From positions 186,001 through 250,000 of the forward strand of contig NIVC01000069.1 of the NCBI GenBank assembly GCA_002269645.1: a DNA stretch of 64,000 nucleotides, read 5' to 3'. This document shows positions 56,376 through 64,000 of this stretch, piece after piece; position 1 is the stretch's first letter, and every line of letters starts with the position of its first letter. A program made the position numbers and the translations under genes. The notes below the pieces were generated by a model. That model was not told the origin of the DNA, made no database searches, and saw only the letters and a program-made list of their open reading frames with translations. Origin of the DNA: Macrostomum lignano. Lineage: Eukaryota.

Positions 56376-57295
56376 CAGTGCCGGATCTAGAGTTTCATTT
56401 TGGGGTGGGGGCGGTCCAAGTTTGAGGCGCCAACACGAGTAAAAGGGCGTCAATTTTTAAGCTACATGTATATACTCAGCAACAGTCAAAAGTTCCACCC
56501 TCCAAGCGAGATGATTTTTTTAGTATTGCGAGTGACGCAACAAAATTACTACCCACGCGCAAAGCTTAATCGCCACTTGGGCTGGTTTGGGTCTGCTAGC
56601 TTAATGGTCCAAGATGACAACACGCCGCCACACCGAGCCGATGCTGTTAGTCAACTGAAAGAACAGCTACAGCCGCGCACTCTGTGCTGGCCTTCCCGAT
56701 CCCCAGATATGAATCGCATCGAGCATGTTTGGGACTTCCTAAAATTCTGCGTTCGAAACGAAAATTCACTAAAGCAGAATGTTGCAGAGCTGCGTCATTC
56801 CCTTGAAAACGCAATTGGCAGCAGCTTCCCCAGGACTTTCTGCGGCCCCCTCATCCTGGGAATGCACCGCAGAGTCGCTACACTTCTGCGTGAGAGGGGA
56901 TCCCACACGCGTTATAAAGCATCGCGATTCAAACTAAATTTTGTAAAAAAAATAAAATTGTTATGATTTTGGGCTACTGACGTTTTTTATTGATTCAACT
57001 TTCCCACCCTCGCGGCGGCTTTGTTGCGTAACTTGAGGGTTGAATTGTGAGTGAGAAGTTATCGCAATAATTGAGAAAATTTTCATCTCGCTTGGAGGGT
57101 GGAACTTTTGACTGTTGCTGAGTATATGTAGTGGGCGCCAAAAATGCGTTTAAAGGGCAAAAAGTCAAACTTAGGGGCGCAAAAAAGGCATTGGGTGGGG
57201 GGGGGCAAAAATTCAAGTTTAGGGGGTGCAATTTGTTCTGTCAAGCTATTTTGGGGAGGGCGGCCGCCCCCAACCCCCTCTAAAATCCGCCCCTG
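56376..57295. mobile_element. hAT-type MITE with 8-bp TSD, interrupted by a Tc1 derivative
   Basis: Ends CAGTGCCGGATCTAG ... TAAAATCCGCCCCTG; perfect TSD ATAAGGTG at 56368-56375 and 57296-57303; homologous to 12092-12286. Confidence 0.85.
56473..57124 (+). mobile_element. Internally deleted Tc1 (DD34E) element, ~650 bp
   Basis: Perfect TIR of ~42 bp (TACTCAGCAACAGTCAAAAGTTCCACCCTCCAAGCGAGATGA) with TA flanks. Internal frame QDDNTPPH..WPSRSPDMNRIEHVW has 34 residues between D and E; the N-terminal transposase is missing. Confidence 0.9.
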
Positions 57296-57639
57296 ATAAG
57301 GTGAAAAAACTTAAACAAGATGTACATGTATAAATTACTTTATTTTAGACATGTACATGTACATGTACATTACGATCGGCTCTTTCCCTTTTAGTTTTAC
57401 ATGGTAGAACGTACATGTAAAATCGCATAAAATAACATGTTTATAGATACATGTACATGTACCTACCGTACTTCTAATGGTGGATTCCAAACTTCACGAA
57501 TGACTAGTAGAACAAATAATTAAACAATGTAATGTAAACGTTTAGGTTAGTTTATTAAAAAGTTATTTAAATGTGTACGTTGCAAACTCGATCAGTTCTT
57601 TTCATCAGTAAGTTATTTGCATGCCCTCTCTTTTAAGCA

Positions 57640-57936
57640 GCTTCTCATCATCTCATATCATGTCGGTTGCAACCGACAGTCAGCGCGGCCGCAGCTACAG
57701 CTGCGCGGCGCATCTGAATGTCGATCCGTCAAGGACCTGGAGGGTCGCCATGCACACAGCCTCAATTACCCCAGCTAATGCTGGCACCCATTTTACAGCT
57801 GGGTGAACTGAAGCAATGCAGAGTGAAGTGTCTTGCTCTAGGACAAGTCGTTCCGAATGGGTCCAGAATCGAACCCCTGACCTTTCAGTCGCAAAATCGC
57901 AAGTCAGACTCTCCTAGCCGCTATTAGGTTGCAACC
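57640..57936 (-). mobile_element. tRNA-derived SINE, copy 1
   Basis: Minus-strand head with A-box-like TAGCGGCTAGG and B-box GGTTCGATTC (plus 57865-57875). Body GCTAATGCTGGCACCCATTTT..AGCTGGGTGAACT..GCAATGCAGAGT..AGTGTCTTG is shared with 63430-63579. Confidence 0.75.
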
Positions 57937-58787
57937 TCTACTGTAGATCAAAAGATCGATGCGTAGATGCAAGAAAGATAATAATAAAGACAATCTTAGT
58001 TTTTTAGCCGCTTCTTGAAGGAACAGCGCCATGATTGAAGCAATGCAGTATATACGATCTTACAGAAGCTGATTTCTCAGCACAATAACTATGCATTTAA
58101 AACCAGCTTATTAATTTTTCATTATATTTAGCTTAACATATATTATAATTGTGCAACAAAATGATAAATACAATTGGCCCAAATAAAACGTGAGGCTTTA
58201 AAGCCAAAATAGCTGATCCCATGAAAAAAAAACAGACAAAATCCCCCTATTTAATTTCGAAAGTAAACAAACCAACTTTTCATTTTTAATATTGTATGCT
58301 GAACAAGTGACAGTTTCATATCTGACAGTGCAACTCCAACAGGGACAGACAAATAAAATGACAAATAATATCGCGCCTCGGACTGAAGCAGCAGAGACAG
58401 ACGGATGAATTAACGGAGAAAATTTTGCTTTTTTTAAACAGAAAAAACACAGAACAACAGCCGAACACGTGGGATTTAAAGGGTGGGCCAGAGAGAACCG
58501 GATGAACTTTCGCATCATACTACTCGCCACTCGCTACTCAGTAGGGTGTTTAGAAACTTGATGAAGTAAAAACCAGACAATTTTTTAAACAGATAATAAC
58601 TTGTTTTACTAATTCCAGCCTTTCTTTGTCACAGGAACGACACGCAATTAAAAATGGGATTTTAATAAACAACAGACACAGTGCTGCGGACTGAACCAGT
58701 CTTTTTAAAACTCTGCTACGCAAAGCTGTTGCTGTTAATAAAAAAAGAAACCACAACGAAACTCGGGGACAAATTATTAGTTTTTAT

Positions 58788-59536
58788 TTACTCGTCGTCT
58801 TCTTCTTCATCGTCTTCATCCTCGTCGTCGTCGCCGGCGTTCGCGCCGTTGTCGCCGGTGGCGTCAGCTTTGGCTCGTTTGGACGCAACGAAGGTGCCAG
58901 CCTTGTACTGCTTCATGTCCTGTTCGAATGGTTGTGGAAGGGTTCGGCATTGGTACATAACAAAGCAGCGTTCATAGAAAATTAATTAAATCTAACTAAT
59001 TTTAAATTGGCGCCAAAATTCTGAACCGATTTCCTAGAAAATAAGACTTCGATCAAGTACTTTACCTCTTCGTAGCGAAGTTTGTCGCGAGCGGCCTGCT
59101 GCTCGTAGCGGGGCCGGTTTTTGCAAGCCTCCCAGCGCCTGCCCAGCTCCTTGGCAACTTCGCTAACTCGCCAGTCTGGATTGCTGGCGCGAACTTTTGG
59201 GCGCTCCTCTTCGCAGAAGAAGAAAAAGGCGGATAGAGGACGTTTAGGCATGTTGGGATCTTTGACACGCTTACGCTTGCGACCTTTGCTGCCGTCGGCG
59301 GGCACGTAGTCCTCCATCTCGCGGTTGTGACGCTCCTTATCGCGGGCTGCCATGTCCTCGAAGCGTTTTTTCTCCTTCGGGTTCATCGTCTTCCACTTTT
59401 CGGCGCACTTCTTGGAGAACTCGGAGAATACTACGGTCTCGTCTGGGTGCTTCTTGCGGTGCTCCTCTCGGATCACTTGAACGAAGCACGCGTACGCGGT
59501 CATCGCACCCTTGGGCTTGTTCTTGTCTTTAACCAT
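58788..59536 (-). CDS. HMGB: HMGB/DSP1-like protein: two HMG boxes and an acidic tail, 200 aa
   Basis: Exons 59536-59066 (GAG|GTAAAG) and 58919-58788. Box A KPKGAMTAYACFV..FSEFSKKCAEKWK; box B KDPNMPKRPLSAFFFF..AKELGRRW; tail DDDEDEDDEEEDDE*. Probable non-coding 5' exon (acceptor 59559, donor 59895). Confidence 0.96.
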
Positions 59537-61235
59537 CTTGATTGTTGGATAGTTAAAACTGAAACAAAAATTGATAAGTTGAGAATTACGAAGTTTCTTT
59601 CAATATTTTGATGACAAAAAAGTAAAAAAGATGACGATTTTTTTATTTTTTAAAGCCTTTTTAATAGCAGCTAAATTTGATTACGATTTCTGAGTCTGTC
59701 TGGGCCTGACTGAACTGGCAACTCGATTTGTTTGAATTCGCCTATCTAAATACACTAGGAAGAAAAAAGGGAAATAACAGTTACTAAAACATTGACAGCT
59801 ACTAGAATGAACGCTAATTGGCTTAAGGCGCACATTTGAACCTAGGGTCAACGACTATAACATTGACGTTAAAAGAAATATAATGTAATGCTCACCTGCG
59901 AAAATGTATAGAATCCTATGGAGTATGGACGCTAGTCTGTTGCAATGGTAGGCAAAGGCAATGCAATGCAGGGCTCGTCAGACGTTAGGAAGATAGGCAA
60001 GGCTTGCTTTCGTAGCTTAGTCAATCCAATGCTTTGCGAAACACATTGCAGTTAGTGACTGCATTGCCATTAGTTAGTTTTGCTCACGTGATATATATGA
60101 CAACCAATAAAAAGTAAGCAAACAAACTTTAACAAAACCCAAAAGAGTTCATAATAAAGCTACGTTACAAAAACCTACAAAATCTAAAAATGCAAAAAGA
60201 AAACTGTAAACGTGCTGAAAAAGTTTGCAATAAAATATCAAGATGCGCAGTTATATAGCGAAGTAGCGATTTTTTGTTAAAATATTGTCTAGTTTCAAGA
60301 ATTCATATTATAGGAAATATCTAAGAAACTGTCTAGGATTAAGGGATTTATAAAAGTTATTAAATTATTTTTTTAGTTCAGCGGACACAACACAGGAAAA
60401 GCGATTTATTTTTGGAATAGAATAATACGTACTAGTATCAAATGCAGTTCATTCTGTACTAAAAGTATGACTAATAATATTCCTTTTGTCTTGCCGTTTT
60501 CCAGCTACTAGAGCAGGCCTCCGCCTACCCAGTTAATTGTTAACTCTGCTGAGTTCTTATCGATTAGTTCTAGAACTTTAATTAAAACTTTGGTCATTAT
60601 TCTTATGTGATCTTGAATGAGTAGTTTATATAAAAACTACAGCTTTAGCCTTTAAGTCTAGGCCTATTTTAAACTTTAAATTAATAAAGTATTCCTATTT
60701 TGCTAGTTAGTGAATAAAATCCTTTTATTTAGGCTCGCCAGTAGTATTATATTAAAATCGCAACAGTAAAGTTAGTATTCCCCCAAAATTTATAGACTGG
60801 CTTGGCTATACCTATTAGTCATTTTGGTATAGATTAGGGCTTAGGGATCTTGGGACTTAGGAAAAAAGAATTTTTTAATTTTAAAACTTTTAATTGAGTC
60901 AATTGGATAGGAAATAAAATTTGATTGTACATATTATACAGTTTTTTATAATGAGATGTTGCTAGTTATGTAAAAATTAACAATAGAGTGCCATTTTCAT
61001 ATGTAATTTTGTTATTTTAATGTTTTGAAAAAATATGAAAACCCATTAAATAACATTTTAATTTCTAATGAGAAGAGAATTTTATGTTTAACCATCTTTT
61101 GAATAGTATATTTTAATAAATAATTGTGTTTTTTAATTGGATAGTTTATTATTATTATTTCTTTTTAATGAATGAATAACTAATATATTTTTATAATTAA
61201 TTTTTAAAAATTTAATTGATTATACCTAGGCCTAT

Positions 61236-61694
61236 CCCATAGTCCAGAACGTGGCCTTTACACTGGAATTTTCCGGCATATTTTTGCTCTCGCTGACAAT
61301 CTTGGCGTACACTTGGTGTATAGAATTTTCAGGTTTAACATGGAGTATACACAGTTGGTGTACAAAAAACTTGCAAAGTTCAAGGCTAATGTAATAGTGT
61401 AGTTATATATCAACCAACGTCAAAAGCTCTTTAAAAATAATTGGAAACCTTAATAAAAAATATTAACGCAATCACAAGAAAAAAATTAAAACAAAGAATA
61501 TTAGTTTTTAGCAAAAAACAGCTCTTTTAAAGTTCAGTAAACGTTTAGAATCCCTAAAATTGTATACTAGTTAAAAATGGCGCATAAAAATTTAGTCTTG
61601 GCGTAAAATGCTTTTTTTAATTTTACGTTGGCATAAAATTGAAAAAACATGAATTTTCATTCCGGCGTACGCCTGCCATGATCCAGACTATGGG
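61236..61694. mobile_element. 459-bp MITE with CCCATAGTC TIRs
   Basis: Left CCCATAGTCCAGA, right (reverse complement) CCCATAGTCTGGA; GCCTAT directly flanks both ends; repeated TGGCGTA/TGGCATA subterminal motifs. Confidence 0.6.
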
Positions 61695-62239
61695 GCCTAT
61701 CTTAATAAGCAGATGTTCAACTGACAGCTTAGCCACAGCTATTGTGTGCCAGGGTCAGGATTGTATACTGCTATATGCTGGAATGAAAATTGCTTCTATA
61801 GTTCATATATGCTAGTATATGCCAATGAAATTTTTATTGCATTAAAAAATATAGGCCTACCAAAAAAAATTACAAATTAAAACCAATATTAACAGCTTAA
61901 AAATTTTAATATTTAAAAAATTAATGTGGTAATACTGGTAATTTTTTACTAAACTGCACAGAACTAGTTTATTGTAACTATTTTTGTTTTAGTTTTAATT
62001 TCTTAGAAAAGTTAAACCTAGTTTTTTAATTTAGTTTTCTATTTTTTGTGAAGGACTGGCTATTCTTTCTGATCAAAATTTAGCTACTGTAACTATGTAC
62101 ATAGAGACTATGCCAAATATAAACTTAATCATTTTTGTATTTTGATTGTATAGTTTGATTAGGACTTAGAACTTTTGGTCATATCTGCTGTTTCAGCAAT
62201 TTCTATACACATAGAGGGGTATGTCATAAGTACAAGCTA

Positions 62240-63216
62240 CGAGGGATATTCCATAAGTACTTATACTTTTGCATGCTGCTCAGGAACTACGCAACCAATC
62301 ATTGTAAGTTTTATGTTGCTGGAAAGCGGCTTTACTCATCTTTAATCTGTTGCCAAAATCATTTCGTTCCATCAACTATGTCAAAAGTTACAATAAAAAA
62401 TGTAGTCAAAGGTCACCCATAGACTTACAAGAAATTTTCAAAGTCAAAACTTCAAAGTTCAGCACGCAGAGTTATTTCCGATTCTGCATAATGCATTCTT
62501 TTTTTGCTTCATAAGTGAATGCCACACCCTTTTCGTCTATGGAAAATACTGGCCTAAGCTTTCACAGCATCTTAATCTTAAGATCACAGCATCTTAATCT
62601 TAAGATCACAGCATCTTAATCTTGTAAAGTTTCACCACCTTGGCTGCTGCTGCATCACCATGGATGTGAACTCAAGGGAAGGACAGCCCGCTGCAATTTT
62701 TACCCTCTGGAAACTCGGAAAGCAGACTTTGCTTTATTTCCAGAGTTGAAGCGCCATCTGAAAGGATGCGTGTATGAGACCAGGAACCAGATCAAGGAGG
62801 AAGTCTGCAGAATTCTGCTGTACATCATCCCCCAACAGCTGTACACAGAAGCCATCAACAGCATGTTTAACAGGTGGACCAAGTGCATCAACTCCGGTGG
62901 AAACTACGTTAAGAAGGTGTCGGTACTGACCGAGGATGAGTTACAAAGAAGTCAAACTTTTTGTCATCAACAACGCGCCTCTGTTTTAATGCTTGCCATT
63001 GTAGTTGTTGCTCTTTAAATTTCTTGTGAGTCTAAGGGTGACCTTTGACTACATTTTTTATTGTAACTTTTGACATGGTTGACAGAACGAAATGATTAAT
63101 TGGTGACAGATTAAAGATGAGTAAAGCCGCTTTCCAGCGACATAAAACTTACAATGATTGGTTGCGTAGTTCCTGAGCAGCATGCAAAAGTATAAGTACT
63201 TATGGAACATCCCTCG
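62240..63216 (+). mobile_element. Non-autonomous mariner derivative with ~200-bp TIRs
   Basis: TA|CGAGGG...CCCTCG|TA. Inverted homology between 62240-62437 and 63018-63216. Remnant DFALFPELKRHLKG..FNRWTKCINSGGNYVKK is a mariner transposase C-terminus. Confidence 0.88.
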
Positions 63217-63429
63217 TATATGCCAAGAGGGCACGCCAGGCCCCTCTATATGCCAAGTTGTATGCCAATAATGTATCCTAGGTCCCTCTGTATGCCAGGA
63301 TTTTCTGGTATACATGTATATTATATATTATCCAGAATCTAGATTGCATGGCATAGGCCTATCTGAAGGCTGCATATGCTATTTAGTCCAAGGACTAGAA
63401 GGTCACTACACATACCCTAAATTATCTTA

Positions 63430-63579
63430 GCTAATGCTGGTACCCATTTTATAGCTGGGTGAACTAAAGCAATGCAGAGTTAAGTGTCTTGTTCAAGGAC
63501 ACAAATTGTTCCAAATGAATCAGGAATTGAACCTTCAACCTTCAAGTTATAAGTCCAATGCTTTGACCTCTAGGCTACA
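63430..63579 (-). mobile_element. tRNA-derived SINE, copy 2 (3'-truncated)
   Basis: Minus-strand A-box TAGCCTAGAGG and B-box GGTTCAATTCC; body homologous to copy 1. Confidence 0.72.
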
Positions 63580-64000
63580 ATCCCTTATAAATATAAATAT
63601 TAAAAATAGTATTTATGAAAAAATAAATATTTATAAACATAGGGCCTAAACAAAAAATAGTATATAGAAAGATTGTGGAAATTTTTATTTTTAGATAGTC
63701 TTGTACTTTTAACATTAATTGTTTGTTGTCATGTTAATTGTTAGTTGTGTTTTTATGGTTTTTATGGTGTTTTTAATAAGGTCTTTATTTTATCATTATC
63801 TCATTTTAAACTCATAATGCTAACCTCATATTTAATACCCCTAAATGACATTTGATTTTGTCACTAATGCTGAAATTCCAAAAGACAAATTAAGTTTTAT
63901 TACTTCATAATCCAGATCTTATTTAGCTTATGTCAGATTAAAATTTCAGCTTTTCTTAGATTTATTTCAAATTTAGTGCAAAGGAGTTAAAAGAACTTAA

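Noticed and set aside
60834-60846. TTAGGG telomere-like words
   Set aside because: Only two copies; not an array.

Overview
Eukaryotic (animal) genomic DNA with spliced genes, not prokaryotic, and with no CRISPR array. GC-rich exons, introns largely filled with tandem repeats and a flatworm-like opsin are consistent with a flatworm such as Macrostomum (inference only). I reconstructed the genes by hand from GT-AG junctions with consistent phases. They are a 7-exon TCAF/M60-like metallopeptidase (-, 872-6801), a 5'-incomplete 3-exon DUF4806-like gene with an (EAAAA)n tract (+, ~10026-11845), a 6-exon rhabdomeric (Gq) opsin (+, 15908-20870), a 6-exon metabotropic glutamate receptor (-, 25011-44368, with a probable extra terminal exon at 22781-22983), a secreted Kazal-type protein (-, 54430-54870) and an HMGB protein (-, 58788-59536). 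Mobile DNA includes a putative CACTA/EnSpm-like element carrying the DUF4806-like gene, a split and decayed RTE-type LINE, Tc1 and mariner deletion derivatives, hAT and other MITEs, and two tRNA-derived SINEs. More than 30 micro- and minisatellite arrays account for almost all the long low-complexity ORFs in the supplied track. The most notable observations are the transposon-borne DUF4806-like gene, the mGluR with a Lys-to-Leu change in the glutamate pocket and a hidden PDZ-ligand exon, intronic arrays built from splice-site-like words, and strong enrichment of TACATGTA, the classic Tc1 excision footprint.
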